In this document: positions 26,314 through 40,332 of the stretch, piece by piece
How the letters are laid out: each line of letters begins with the position of its first letter
Position numbering within the stretch: position 1 is the first letter of the stretch
From: Takakia lepidozioides
Lineage: Eukaryota; Plantae; Bryophyta
DNA length: 64,000 bases
Reading direction: 5' to 3'
NCBI GenBank assembly: GCA_030704615.1
Contig: CM060734.1
Span: 54,498,001 to 54,562,000 of the forward strand
Notes under the pieces: generated by a model
Database searches by the model: none
Seen by the model: the letters and a program-made list of their open reading frames with translations, nothing else
What the model was told of the DNA's origin: nothing
Program-made: the position numbers and the translations under genes

Positions 26314-29300
26314 ATGAATCATGGAAATAAAGGACGCGGTTTCTACGCTTCGATCACGTCCAGCTTTTCTATCTTCGGGAGTGCTGTGCATAACAAGGTG
26401 AACAGGTGCTGAATCTGATCGTACTCTCCTCGTTTTTGTGCAATTGTTGCATGAAGGAAAGGTCTTGTGTCACTGCCGGCTCCGACAGCTATGCCTTCAA
26501 CCGGGTGTCCTTAGAGTTCAGGAGTGTGCTCAAAATCTGTACTGTATGTCTCCTCGCATCTGCGCGAGTCCTATCTCCACACTTGATCCCCGAACATTTG
26601 GGTTTGATATGGAGGGAGGTTCCATAGACCATCGGACAGTCGATGTGCAAAACATGAATATTTTGTTTCAAATTAATATCTGAACATCACTTGAAGTGTA
26701 TCTGCGATGGGATGTGGACATGATCTCCTGGTTGGCTAGATTTTGTCTCATTGGCATGTATGTGAGAAGTTCACCCTTCATAAACGAGCTTGTATTTCCA
26801 CACTGTACTTATCTGATATCGCATCCTAACAGAGAATCATAGAAGGACACTGAGGCCTTGGATAATTCTCGAACTCCCCAAGTATGTGACTGTATATAAG
26901 CGAACCATACGGGTGATAAGTAATATTTCATCCTTTTTTGGTTTGTGTCATTTGCCGGTTTCAACAAGGCTGATGGGATGTTCTATCTGTGCCACACCCT
27001 TGTCTTCCTTTATGTCTTAGTGGCTGTTAGCTGCTGGGTACTCGCACCTAGGTCAGTTTACTGCACTTTCAGGCCCGCATGTTTCCCTAAGGCTCTAACT
27101 ACTACTCGTCAATTCCAAGTTTCAAATGAAATGAATGGATTTTGGCACATTCTCCGGTGAGATACGTCCGCAAGTTACAGGTCGTGTTAGTGTGTGGTTC
27201 CTTGGGATTGCTAATGGAATAAAGTTCTGGAAGGCCATGTTCTTAACTCAATGTTGTATGGATCCCTTGGCTTTGTCAGCAGCATTATGTTTGCCTCCTG
27301 GAATGAAAGAGGCTGCAGTAGTCTCATGGGGACCTCTTAGGCGGTGGCTGAATACATGTTCATTTAGTGAGCTACACCTTATAGACACTATCCTTTTTTA
27401 CTTGCCAAACCCATCCCCACCTGTCCCTCTCTTTCTCTCTCTTGGCCTTCTGAGTTTACTGTTTGTTTCAACCTGTCAGCAAGCACATACACTCCTACTT
27501 ATATTATACAAACTTTGAAACATATGAGAGAATGAAGCTGATTGGACAGAAGATGCTTGTTGCAGTTTACTTGGGTACCAAGGGTTGGAGGTAGTGAACC
27601 CAGAGGGTGGCCAAGAGGATGCCGAAGAGGAGGCCATCAGAGGGAGGTTTAAGCAGGAGGTCAGCTTCTTACATACACCTTATTTTTTAATTATGAACAA
27701 TTTGCAGGCAATGATTATTGCTTTGTGACACATCACCCAACAGAGAGGCCCCTCTGAAATCCAGGTTGGAGTCTTGTTTGGATGGGGGAGGCTCATAGTT
27801 ATTGCATTCAGTGAAAATTCGTCATGGTTGGTACCCATGGCTGCTCTTTGGTCTGAAATTTCTTGGGACTGACTTGTAAAAGTATGCCAGAACAGAATCA
27901 CAGGAAGCTAACACTGATGGATTCTGACATCGTTAGACTTCGCAAAGGCATCTTAGCTTACAGGCACTGCTTAGGGTTCTCGACTACCAAGAGAAAGAAT
28001 TTCTGTTGGACGTTTATGTGCTCCTCAGGTAGCCAGGGTGGACGAATACTGAATTGGTAGCCAAGCTTGCATTTAGAACTGTCTCAGCAAAGCAAGGCTT
28101 TTAGTTGTGAGAGGTGCAAGTGCTTGGGCCTGCATAGACATGCACTGAAACTGTTCCCCTGCCTTCTCTGAAGACTCTAAAGAGCAATGTTACCTATCTG
28201 TTTGGTGGGATCACCCGGATCAGGATCAGGAAAGCTATTGGAAGATGATGCGTAAGTACATTGGATCGGATGTAACCTCAATGGTGACCCTCCCTGTGCT
28301 CATATTTGAGCCCATGACTATGCTCCAGAAAATGGCAGAGGTATGTGACTTGTGCACAGATTGCCTTTTGGTTGTTAAGGAAGAGGTGAGGGACATATGC
28401 CAAAAAATACAGAGTGACTTTTGTCAGCAGAAGAGCTAGAGACTACAATCATGACTATAAAAGAATGTGATAATCTGTGTTTGCAGTTGATGGAGTATTC
28501 ATATCTTCTTGACATGGCTGATGAGTCTCCAGATCCATATTTGAAAATGGTCTATGCTTGTAAGTCTCTGCCTTTGTAGGCCATGAGTTGTGAAGGCTTT
28601 CATATTTGGTACTTATATATAAAAGCGTCTTTCTATTATTGTGCGTTGAAGCACCTGTGTAACATGTACATTCACTTTACTAGTTTCATTAAGACCTTTT
28701 GAGCATGGAGACCTTTTGACATGATTTTATGGACGAAGTTATGGTTGGGAAAAGTAGTAGGACTTCCTTACCAATCCAACTGTCATCACCATTTAAGAGA
28801 CTAGTTCAGCACCACATGTTTTAAGCATGAGGTTGAACCACAATTAGGCTATAGATTCAGCTCCTCTATGTTGATGTGGCTGTGGCAGCAACGTGGGCCT
28901 TGTCAGTATACTATGCTTATCAACGGACTTGGAAGGCATTCAACCCAATCCTAGGCGAGACATATGAAATGACAAACCACAATGGCATTACGTTCATCGC
29001 TGAGCAGGTCAGATCTGGAATGCTGCAGACAGTAGATGACACTCTTGTAGAATCTTGTATACAAGAACATTTTATGCTGCTGGTTAGATCAAGTTTTACT
29101 TGTGACTATCCAGCTTTATGGACCCAAAACCCTTTATGATATGAAATGCTTGACGTTGAAATGTATACCATTCTGACAGTCCAATTGACCAGCTCAAAAT
29201 TCTAGTCAAGTTTTACCTTGGTAGATCTGAAATTGGATTTAACTCCCCAAGAGGGTACGACTAACTGCCTTGTTTGCTAACATTTGACTGGTAGGTGAGC

Positions 29301-31792
29301 CACCATCCACCCATGAGTGCAGGTCATGCTGAGAACTCCCATTTCAGCTACGATGTGGCATCAAAGCTGAGGACCAAGTTTCTGGGCAACTCGGTGGATA
29401 TTTACCCTGTTGGAAGGTATCTCCAAACTGCTTAAATTATCGATGCAGCTGTACAGACATGTTTAAGCCAACATGACCTTTACTGCCGGTGTATTCATCA
29501 GTCAAAACGGGAAGGGAGCATTTGCTTGCTACCTGATAGTTAGGTTCAGTCTCCATGACTATTCCACCTGTTTGGATTTGACCTACCTGAGGTTGGAAAA
29601 ATGCATGTTTGTCAGCATGCATGCATCACTGGAATGGAACAATACACTGTGTTGATTAGCATGGATAATGTGAAACAATGTATCTCCAGTATATCATAAT
29701 TCATGCTAACATGGCTTATGAAAGAGTCGAAGTACTGAATACTGCTTATCTTTGTCTACAAGGGACATGTTTTAAAGCTTTGGTTAACCACCATTCATAT
29801 ACTCAAGTATCGGCATGAATATTAATATCTGGGGTGAAAATTCGTGGGAGAAGAGCAGGACACGAGTTGTGCTGAAGAAATCAGGGGAGGTATTGGACTT
29901 GGTGCCCCCTCCAAGCAAAGTGCACAACCTCATCTTTGGGCGCACATGGGTTGACTCCCCTGGTGAAATGGTGCTGACTAACGTCACCACTGGTGATAAA
30001 GCTGTCCTCTACTTCCAGCCTTGTGGGTGGTTTGGGTATGTAAAACATCTTATTTTCAGTGACTTGGAACCAATTGGAGGTGGCCTGGTCTTTTTGCATG
30101 GAAAGAAAAGCACTAACACAGCCAAGGAAACCATCCCTGGCAGCTTGCACACTGAAGAGAGTTGGTAGGAGGTGCACTTGCACTTGATTCTTCCTCAGCA
30201 GTTCGAATGTCTAGTATACTTATCCCGGGCATATGGAAAACTCTTTACCATGTCATGCTCCTGTCTTCGTTCTACCTTCGCCTATCAGTTGTGAGTCGTG
30301 CTGGTTTGATCATTGTGCAATTTGTGTGATTCTGGGTCAAGGGACCTTCTGTTGTTTAGAGCCTTCTAACTATGCAAAGTAATACCACTTTGTTTGTTTC
30401 CGGTATGTCAGAGTGGGGCGCCATGAGGTTGATGGGTATGTATACGATAAGGACGAGGAACCCAAGATGCTGGTGACAGGCAAGTGGAGCACATCCATGA
30501 GCTACCAGCCTTGTGATCTGGAAGGCGAGCCCCTTGATGGCACTGAACTCAAGGAGGTGCGCCTCTCTCCCACTGCTCTCATCTGGAGTCAAATGCTGAC
30601 ACCCTTTTTGGAGATTAGAGTGAAGTTTTAGTGTCGCACATGGGATGCTATGGTCTATGAGAGCTATGGAAGACCTTCTTCACACTTGAGACTATCAACC
30701 AACTGGGAGGGTTTATGGCCACTAGGCATCTATATCTCAATGACAAACCATTCTGACTTGATGAGTATATCTATGCCTTTTTCAGCCACAATGCATACTG
30801 GTCAGGAACAAAGTGGGGTTATCTTTTGAGGTATTCTAATTTTGGCACTACATCAGTTGTGCAGTTTGTAAATGTTTCCCAAACACCCTTAGAGTGCAGG
30901 TTTGGGCCATCTGAGGGTTTCAGGAATTCTTATTTTTCACTTTTGCTGATAATGGTGAAGGTGGTGCCTGCAGATATGGAGAGTGGCAGACACACCAAAG
31001 AATGACAAGTTTCAGTACACGCATTTTGCTCATAAGATCAACAGTTTTGAGACAGCTCCACTGGGACTGCTACCTTCTGACTCTCGCCTCCGGCCTGACC
31101 GCTATGCCTTAGAGATGGGTGATATGAACAAGGCCGGCTCTGAAAAATCAAGGTCTATGCCTGTGCCTGTCTAGTCAAAGACACGAAGCCCCTTGTTCAG
31201 TGTAGCCAGCCACAAACTGTAGGTTTGGACGTGCAAGACGCAAGTCACATTGCCATTTTCTAATACATGTTAGGCTGTATTGACATTGAAGCCTTGCAGT
31301 TCATCTGAGAACATGCAGACTTGAAAAATGGACCTCGAGTAGCTGTATTCTCAGGGATTTCTGTTGATGTTTTCCAGTGCTCTGTAGCTGAGAAAGCAGG
31401 TGACAAGGCCTGAGCTGTGTTAGCCTAGATGCTACCTTACAAAGAGATGAAATGCATTCGAATGTTTGATGTGCTGATCATGTGTGGTCTGTATGTTTAG
31501 AATGGAGGAGCGGCAAAGGGCTGAAAAGAAACTGAGAGAGGGGAGGCATGAGGAGTTCAAACCGCGATGGTTCAGAATGACGGGGGATATTACACCAACG
31601 CCCTGGGGTGGCCTTGAAATCTATGAGTACAATGGAAAGTACTCAGTACATCGCGAATCTGTGGACAAATTGGATGCAGACAAGAAAACTGACATTGAAG
31701 GGCTACCAATTCCATTCAACCCTTGGCAATTTGATTGTTCAGGAGAACAGTCCCATGTTGTCCCAGTGTTGATTGAGCCCATCTTGTCATAG
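26314..31792 (+). CDS. ORP3: Oxysterol-binding protein-related protein, ORP3 subfamily
   Basis: Exons 26314-26405, 27566-27659, 28224-28340, 28487-28559, 28889-29007, 29295-29416, 29859-30035, 30412-30556, 30974-31152, 31501-31792. OSBP signature [35 protein letters not shown]. Confidence 0.95.
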
Positions 31793-34069
31793 GCAAGATT
31801 TAAAAGCCTCCCCATTGATCTTCTTGGACTAGGGTTGCAATGGATTTGACCTTCTAACATCAGTGTAGTTCTTCCTCGAATGTGCTGGGCTCTGGGCATG
31901 CTTGTTCTACTCTCCCAGCAAGCACCTTCATTCTGTTGAATGAAAGTTGGCGCTTGCCTTATGAAACTCTGTAGGATAATGACTTACCCGACTTATTCTG
32001 CCTAATCCATTCCCTCATCATCTCATCAAGAAACTCGGTCGCTCTTGTCGAGCGCATGATTTGGCATGGGCCAACGTGGATCTCCCTGGGCTGATAGTGG
32101 TTTGATCTGCTTTTAGTTGCATTCTTCTAATGCAATTTTTGTCTGCACTCTATTGGGATGTTGTGTAGATACCCATCAAACCTTTAAGTGCGTTACATTG
32201 AATGAGGCAATTATTTGCCTTTACCCATTTGCAAGGGATTGCAAGGGTCATAGTTGTACAGACTTTTGGATTAGAGCTTTCTGCAAGCACCCCAAGGTGG
32301 GTAATTGTTCTGCATTGTTTTCCAACCCACTGTTATATGGATGGATCCCCAGTAGGATCACTGTTTCTTACAAGTACATATCTCTGCAGTTCCTGGGAGA
32401 TCAACGTCATACCACCGATGTCAGCCCCTGACAAAGGTAGTTTCTGTCCCTTTGTGTTCTGCTCAAACTGCGGGTCAATGGCCACAAGGCTATGGAAAAC
32501 GTCTTATGAGTACATTATGTAGACCATCCCCTTGTCTTGTCAAGTTTGTTCCAATAGTAGACAACTGATGGGACTAGGAAATGCCATAAGCTTGTAGTGT
32601 AGTGTCATTGTTTTGGCAGTAGGATAGGAGTCACTTAAGAGGAACTATTTTCTGCAAAAAAATTCCCAAGCCATAGATTATGAAACCTGGAAGAGAGAAC
32701 TTCTTGGCAGGAAGAAAAATCTGCAGCATTCTCTTCTGGATATTGGAGTCTCATGATCCACATGCAAGGCTAAGGAGGCTGAGCAGTTGCAGTGCAGGGA
32801 TTAGGAAAGGAACACACTCTGGAAACATCAGGATCATGAGTGCAGTCTAATCAGGGCTTCTGAGACACTGGTTCACATGGAACAAGGATACTTCCCTTCA
32901 GCTCTGACAGCAACTTTGTATGGCCCAAGACTCCTTGAAGGGTAATCTGGAAGAGGGTGATTCATAGAAAGGAGAATTGACAATTTGCTGTAAGGCAAGT
33001 TTGTGTCCTCCCAGGTAGGATGCATATGTATTCATCAAGAGCCCAGATGTTCAGGAGTTCGTTCAGGGTATCCTTAATGAAAACCCCTTGCTTAATTTGC
33101 CAGGCTTTTCCATGTGTAAGCATGGTGTCTATCCTTGCTTGACTACAGCCTTAGGGTTTTCTGGCTTTGATGTAATGAATTTAGGACAAATGACGTTGCT
33201 TGAGGGCACCAGCCATTCAGAGACCGCCCAAAAGCTGTCCTATTTGTTTCAGTGAATCGAAAGCCAGCAGGTGGGTCTGCATTTACTAATGTAGGCTGTG
33301 TAGTCCTTGCTCACTTAAATTATTCTCTCAGTCCTATGAGATCAGATGCATGTTTTGTCCTAGCAGAAAAAGGTAGAAGAGATTTTCAAGTATCTGAATA
33401 TTAGCCCTCAAGGCTCTGAATATGACTTGGAAACTGAAGTGTCTATAGTCATGTTGGGTTTGCTAAGTGCTGGAAGGGGTTCTCAACCCTCTTTTTTGGT
33501 AAATAGCCTTGTACCACTACTCCAGTGGCCGGGGGTTTGATTCGTGTGGATTTGGGGTGTTATGCAACAAGACTGGAGGTCCTATATTGAAGGGGGCACC
33601 TCCTGTGGGAGGTTCACGGTAGGGTTTTTGTTCACGCATATGTATTCCTACATCCATTGGCTCTGTCTTTCTCTCCCCTTGTTGGCTAGCCCTACAGACG
33701 ATCGAGAGTAATGGGCAAGACATCTCCCAGCTGCAGAGTGTCTTTGCCACTCATATCATTTGATCGTAAACTCAGGGCTATAAAAACTAAAATCATAAAC
33801 TTTGCAATTAGACTTACTTTGTTCTCTTCGGCCGAGAGCTAGATTTGCCTGCATCTATTCGCAGGGACGTTACAGTAGTCCTCAATCTTGACGATCTGGA
33901 TGTGTGGACACAAGCATGTGGATTCTGGAAGGTCAAGATGGCATGGTATGGAAGGATCATGTGCGCAATTGTGTGTCATGTCATCTCCCACATGTGGATG
34001 GGAGGATAGATACCAACCTTGCAGTGGTACCTGCAGGGTTGCGTTGCATGCTGGTGGTGTTGTAACCAT

Positions 34070-34741
34070 GTCCGACTCCATCAACCACTTCAATAGTTGA
34101 TGATCCGTGACAAGGGTGAAGAGATTGCCATAGAAATCATCTGAAATGTTCCACTGCTTATACTGCAGCTAGACACTCTCTTTCATATGAGTTATGTTTT
34201 GCCTCAGCATCATTGTTCGAGCGGCTAGCAAATGCCACTACGAACTCTCTTCCCTCATCATCCACCTCTGTGAACATTGTTCCAATACCCAACATATTTC
34301 AATCCGTATATAGCTGGAAAGGCCGCCCCCGAATAGGCCGCCTCAGAATAGGCGCAGAAGTCAATCGATCCTTGAGTTCTTCAAGGGCTTCCTCCTGTTC
34401 TTCTTCCCACTGTCATTCCTGACCCATCTTGGTCAACTTGGTAAGAGCTTTCGCAATGCTGCTAAATCCTTTGACAAACCGACGATAGTAGTTGGTCGAC
34501 CCCATGAAAGCACGAACTCTGCTTACATCTATGGGACGTGGAATGCGTGCAATGGCCTCCACCTTTGTCTGTTGAATACCCAATCCTCCAGGGTATATCA
34601 TGTGGCCCAGATACTCAATCTGATCGTGGAAGAACTTGCACTTTCCAGGGTGCAGTTTCAATCCATGCGCCCTCAAGCGCTCAAACATAACCTGAAAGTG
34701 TCTCTCATGCTCATCAACCGTGGCACTAAAGCTGATGATGC
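34070..34741 (-). mobile_element. Ty3/gypsy pol fragment (RT C-terminus + RNase H)
   Basis: FSATVDEHERH...GLKLHPGKCKFFHDQIEYLGHMI...VRAFMGSTNYYRRFVKGFSSIAKAL; LTSAPILRRP...FQLYTDW...VVAFASRSNNDAE; TDHQLLKWLMESD. Confidence 0.93.
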
Positions 34742-35400
34742 CTCTGTGGTTGTCTCTCTTGGTCCAAAATGCCCTCAACCGTGAGGTTGGGTGGCTGTTG
34801 AAAGGAATCATAGGCTCTCTTGTGCAACTCTGGTGGTGCAACATTGGTCCACCACAACCTAGCCCTATGTGCCCGTGAACCCACTGCAGCTGTATCCAAT
34901 AATACAGCTGGTCCAATCCAAGACCGCACCTTATACACACTAGCCATAACCTTGGCCCGAGAATCCCCCATGAGAGGAACATTCTCCAGGATGTAAGTTG
35001 GAGGTTGCACTTGCCTCACCTGCAAGTCACCCAACACTCGTAATATCTCCCAAAACAAATGCGATAATGCAAGCCATTCCCATGACCTGTGGGAGAGTGT
35101 CATTGGCAAGGTCATCCAACTATCACCAAGTCAATTGCACCATGCTGGCCCAAATCATCCACCCCCGGCAAAATAATGTCTGCTAGCAAGGCCTTTTGGT
35201 ATCCTTGAATTGCTGAGAAAGGCAGCAACTCAAGATACTGGTGTGTGAGCAAGGCAACGTGGCGCATAGAAATACGCCGAGGTATCTCATCTTTCTCCAC
35301 ATACAAGTACTTTCGTACTTTAATCCCAGCTTGCAACACTCCTGCAAGCCCAGTGCTCATGCCTCCAAACAGGTCTAGCAAACAAATCCCCGAGTCAGCA
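34742..35400 (-). pseudogene. DNMT3-like C5 cytosine DNA methyltransferase (motifs I-VIII), directly abutting the Ty3 RT
   Basis: Motif I LLDLFGGMSTG, motif II YVEKDE, motif IV DLVIVG*PCQ (PCQ at 35111-35103, stops on both sides), motif VI YILENV, motif VIII SRAHRARLWWTN; no introns. Confidence 0.88.
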
Positions 35401-35825
35401 AAGATGAAGGTGGATCCATAAAGAGAGCAGAACTTTCTAGAGTTGAAGTTAGCAATGATTCAGGTACGTTATTTCCCTGTCAGAGCGTTCCGTCGTTTTC
35501 CTCGTTATTAACTCTCGTTGGGATTGTAATGCATTGTGCTATGGTGTTGACTTGAGAAGTTTTTGTTGTGTGCTGGCATTAGGGTGTTATGGACAGTGCA
35601 CTTAGGATCTTTTCATTGAAGAGTTGAGTGCAATGGGATTTTGTGTCAACAAACTGATTCACTTGGATCTGTATTCTGGTGTCGTGATCAGTTCTTAAAG
35701 GACCCGAGAGTGGAACAAAGCTCACTAAAGACCATCCGATTTCAAAATTCGTGGCTTGCTTAAGAGACGCAAGGATACAAGAGCGAGTTAACGAGGCCCA
35801 ACTTGGCTCAGTGATTGACCTGCCA

Positions 35826-36619
35826 GAGGGTGTAGTCCAGCTTGGAGGTAAGACCATATTATCCACCCAATTATATTTAAGACAATGTTATTTAACATCT
35901 TAGAGACAATAAAGAATATTTTGAGTTGAACAAAAAGTTGAAGACAGTTCTATACAAGGGTACAGAGGGGATTGGAAAATCTCACCTCTGCGCTTTTGTG
36001 ATAACTTTGGAGTTGATAGTGGATATAATGGTTTACTTTGAAGTGGTGACACCATCACCGTTGAAAACAAAAAGAATATCCCAGTTTTTTAAGTTAGAGG
36101 TGACAACTAGAGTTCGAAAGTTGGACTCATTTGAAATCTTAGACCACCTAACCAGTAACGCCAAAATTATCTATATCATCGATGGTGAGCCACCGAGTAA
36201 CCCCATCTCTCATATTAAAAGCACAAGTGTTTGCAAGCCCAACAAAAACCCTTTATGTGGGTCACAAGAAATGCTAGAATTATCTTTATCTGCACATTTT
36301 TTTGTCAGTTTGGATGAGATGGAGAGTTGCAAAATTGGTATTAATCGTTTTAACAGAAACATCAACAGGGATATGGTGGAAGAGTGATTTTCGGCAACTG
36401 GAGGTGTGTTAAATCTGTGTTGAAAGACTCTAGCTCAAGAACAACACTAGCACCTTGGTTGCTGAAAGTATAGAACATGATTGTTGTTGACAAAGAATAA
36501 AAAGTATGATTGGACATCTATAATTGGACACTTTCCTTGACAACAATGATTCATTTTTTCCATTGACATATAGATGAGACTACTGTGCAATCTGAAGAAC
36601 ATGCATTGAGTCTTCAGAA
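35826..36619 (+). pseudogene. Crinkler (CRN)-like P-loop NTPase pseudogene, left arm of inverted duplication
   Basis: LYLRQCY...VLYKGTEGIGKSH (Walker A), IYIIDG (Walker B-like), GGVL motif; premature stops. Confidence 0.55.
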
Positions 36620-36802
36620 TTATATGTGATAATGTCTGGAATCAGCAGCCTATACATAGGGCAGCTATCTCAACGTCTCTTGTTGTGTTCAACATGAAGA
36701 TACTACTTCAAGAATCTGCTTTAGATGTAGGTCGAGGGCAAACTGATTAGCAACCCATCCTGATGCAAAGCAGAGAATTTGTGTCTAAAGTGCCTTGAAG
36801 AT

Positions 36803-37603
36803 TTTTTCAGAAGATCCGATGCATGTTCTTCAGATTGTACGGTAGTCTCATCCATGTCCCAATGGAAAAATGAGTCATTGCCGTTGGGAAAAAGTGTCTA
36901 ATTGTAGGTGTCTAATCATATTTTTTATTCTTTCTCATCAACTATCATGTTTTGGACTTTCAGCATCCAAGATGTTAGTGTTATTCCTGAGCTAGAGTCT
37001 TTCAACATAGATCTTAACACACCTCCAGCTACCGAAAACCACTCTTCCACTGTATCCTTGTTGATGTTTATGTTAAAACGATTAATACTAATGTTGTCGC
37101 TCTCCATCTCATCCAAGCTGAACAGAAGAGTGTACAGATAAAGGTAAATCTAGCATTTCTTCTAACCCACATAGAGGGCTTTTGTCGGGTTTGCAAACAC
37201 TTGCGCTTCTAATATGGAAGATGGGATTACTCGGTGGCTCACCAACGATGATATAGAAAACTTTAGCATTGCTGGTTAGGCGGTCTAAGATTTCAAACTA
37301 GCCCAACTTTGGAATACTAGTTGTCACCTCTAATTTAAAAAACTGAGACATTCTTTCTGTTTTCAACGGTGCTGGTGTCATCATTTCAAAGTAAATCACT
37401 ATACCCACTATCAACTCCAGAGCTATCACAAAAGCGCAGAGGTGAGATTTTCAGATTTTCGGTGTACCCGTGTACATAATTGTCTTAAACTTTTTGTTCA
37501 ATTCAAAATATTGTTTTTTTGCCTCTAAGAACTCAAAATAAGAGGATTTTAATTACAATTGGTTGGAAAATGTGGTACTCCCTCCAAGCCAGACTACATC
37601 CTC
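36803..37603 (-). pseudogene. Crinkler-like NTPase pseudogene, right (inverted) arm
   Basis: Reverse complement aligns along the whole left arm (MDEMESDNISINRFNININKDTVEEWFSVAGGVLR vs LDEMESCKIGINRFNRNINRDMVEE). Confidence 0.6.
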
Positions 37604-40332
37604 AACCAGTTTGGATCATATATAATCAGGAAGCAACTATACTTAACATTATAAATCGGGATGAATTTGTGTGACTTGAAAGCAGAGGTAATTACTTATT
37701 GACACTTTTTACATGTACTGAGTGGGTTTCCGCACAAGTGCATGGCAGACGAGGTGGTTTGAACCGTGAGGGCTGGGAGGGGAGGTGCACAAATGCTACT
37801 GCTACCATCCCATGATCTACCATGCTTTCAACCTCATGGCTTCTTGCTTGCCCCACTTAGGAGATGTATCCCTTCATGCATAGCAGCATCTGATATGTTA
37901 AGATAGAGATGTAGAGTAGCAAGCACAGGCCTGGACATTAGGTAGGGTTGATGCCATAGAAGAGTAAGGGACCAATTGTTTGCAATCAAAATTTAGGGGT
38001 TTGTTTTAATTTTGATCATAGTTTTGGTGCAGTGTAATCAAACTGAAGGGTAAGGTCGAAGTACAGGTCTGAGCAAATTAATGTAGTCTAGAACACTTTT
38101 ATAGCATTTCAGGTAAAAAAAACTTATGAGAATGCAATGGATTCAACATCCGTTACAGCTATACATACGTTTAGGTTTAGCTACTCTAGAACTCTCAACG
38201 TGTAATTAGCACCAGTCCTTTGGAGGAAGACTAAGCTTTATTTCTCTATGTACTGTCCATACTCCTTAGTCTGTATTGAGGTTATTGTCATGTTACGACT
38301 ATGCCATGTCTTCTTAATTCAATGATGGTTTGGGATATCTTCAAGCTATCTCAACATCATCTAAATACCCTTATGCGGTGCCTTGCCAGCTAATTGGAAG
38401 CAACTGGATGGAGCCTCTATTAACTTCCGCCGTTTAGTTCTCGCTGCCTTATTGTCTATCAACATCAATTTTGTGCTCTAATCCCTTTGGCTTCTTCCAG
38501 TGTTTACATCTTCTCCCCTCTATTACGATCGCATTTTCTAGGAAGGTTGTTTGGTTGACCTCTCTCCCCTGTTGATTTTTTTGTGTGTGTTGTTGTATCA
38601 CTTGATTCTGCAAGGCTCAACATTTCTTGGCTTACCAAGGTTGTCATAAAGGTGTTTTGGTTGTACAGTTTGATGGAAGTTGTTTCCTCTTTCCTCAACA
38701 AACAAAGATGTTTAAATGAACGAGAGAAAGAAAGGACAATTGATTATAAGAAAGCCCAAATTTGTGCTTCACGATACAGTCGCACATAAAGTACTTGAAA
38801 GCAACACTTGAGGACATATTCTCTCTCATGCTCTGAATCATATATAAGTCAAATTATCTTCAATGCTCGACTGCAAATTGTTCTCAAATTAGTGGCACAT
38901 TAGAGCACAAGTCTCTGAATCATCATTCTAAACTTGGTCTCTTATAGCGATCCCTCAACTTGGCCACTTCAGTCAAGATTTTTGGGGTAATTATATCCAC
39001 GGGAGAGTCCATGGACAGATTCATATCTTTAAGATGGAAAACCCTGTTTTCATCGGTTTGTTTGGCGGGCAACCTGGATTTCAGATTGAAGCACATTATG
39101 TACCGAGGAAATCATGTTTTCAATTCTCAATCACTTGATTTGCAGAGTGTCGAGGAGAGAACGACATCAACGTATAGGTTAAATTCCCCCTTCGAGGGCG
39201 TACCGCGGTGTGAGGGAAGTAGTCCGAGGGCATAGCCCGAGGGCGGGGGGACTTTCCCTCCGTAAAGACAGATGGATCTTTCCCACAGATCTTTTGAAGA
39301 TCTGCGTGAATGGCTCATATCCCTATGGTCAAATAAAGAAATGAATTTCGAAAGGAAAAGATGACATGGCGTAATATCCCACGGGACATTCGAGAGATCT
39401 TACGCCGTAATGCCCCTGCCGGCTGTTGGCGACGTGATATTATGTCATATAAGGTCCCTGCAAATACCAAGGGAAAAATCCCGTAGGTTTTGACATGCCA
39501 CCTTCAGCCCTTAAGAAACGTGAGGAGAGGCTCACTCGCTTGAAAGACAGTGGTACTCTTCTGCCCTTTGCACACAAGTACTTGCTTACGTACCTAATTC
39601 CATTTCTTGCTCCATATGTCATTGCTTATTTAATTCTAGCTCCTCAATCAGTGACATTTTCTACTATCTGGAATGAAGGAACACTAATTTTACGTGTTAA
39701 ATGTTGGCTGTAATGCAATGCTATGTATTGAATCGACTAGTCGTCATGTTGTGCGTTTCTAGTTGAACTATGATTGATCCGTATAGGTTTTCCTAGACTG
39801 ACAAGTCTAGTTTCCATTGAAAATGCGGAGATACTGATCATTTTCACAGGATTTATAAGTGAATTGGACACATTGAAGTGTTTTTTTTTGTTTTTTTTTT
39901 TGGATTGGATTGGATGCAAAAGTACACATAAGTTCAAACTTACAAGCCTGCTTGTTTTGTGAAGGCTGCCCATAAGGTATAGGGGATAGTACCCACAGAT
40001 TATTAACCTTTCCCGTAGCATGGTGTGTGCATTCAGCCCAGCAGAGCACAAAATCTCAGCCTCAAGTGCAATAACAATTGGAGTGAATGACGAACCTGAA
40101 ATTTGAATAGTCTCTATTGCGATGTAACCCACACGACAAGCAATGACTTTGACAGCAGATTTGCACTTTCTATTTTTCTGCTGTATTCTACCTATGAACG
40201 AAGTAATGGTCATAGAATCTCTCATGGAGGACCTATAGGTTCCTAGTCACCTAATTGAAACCTACATTGAAGGGTCGAATCTCTGTCACAGTGAGTTATG
40301 ACAGAATTAAGTGATTGTGCACCTGCTCCTAA

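Noticed and set aside
39148-39495. Possible solo LTR (TGTCGA...TTGACA)
   Set aside because: No target-site duplication, PBS or PPT found.
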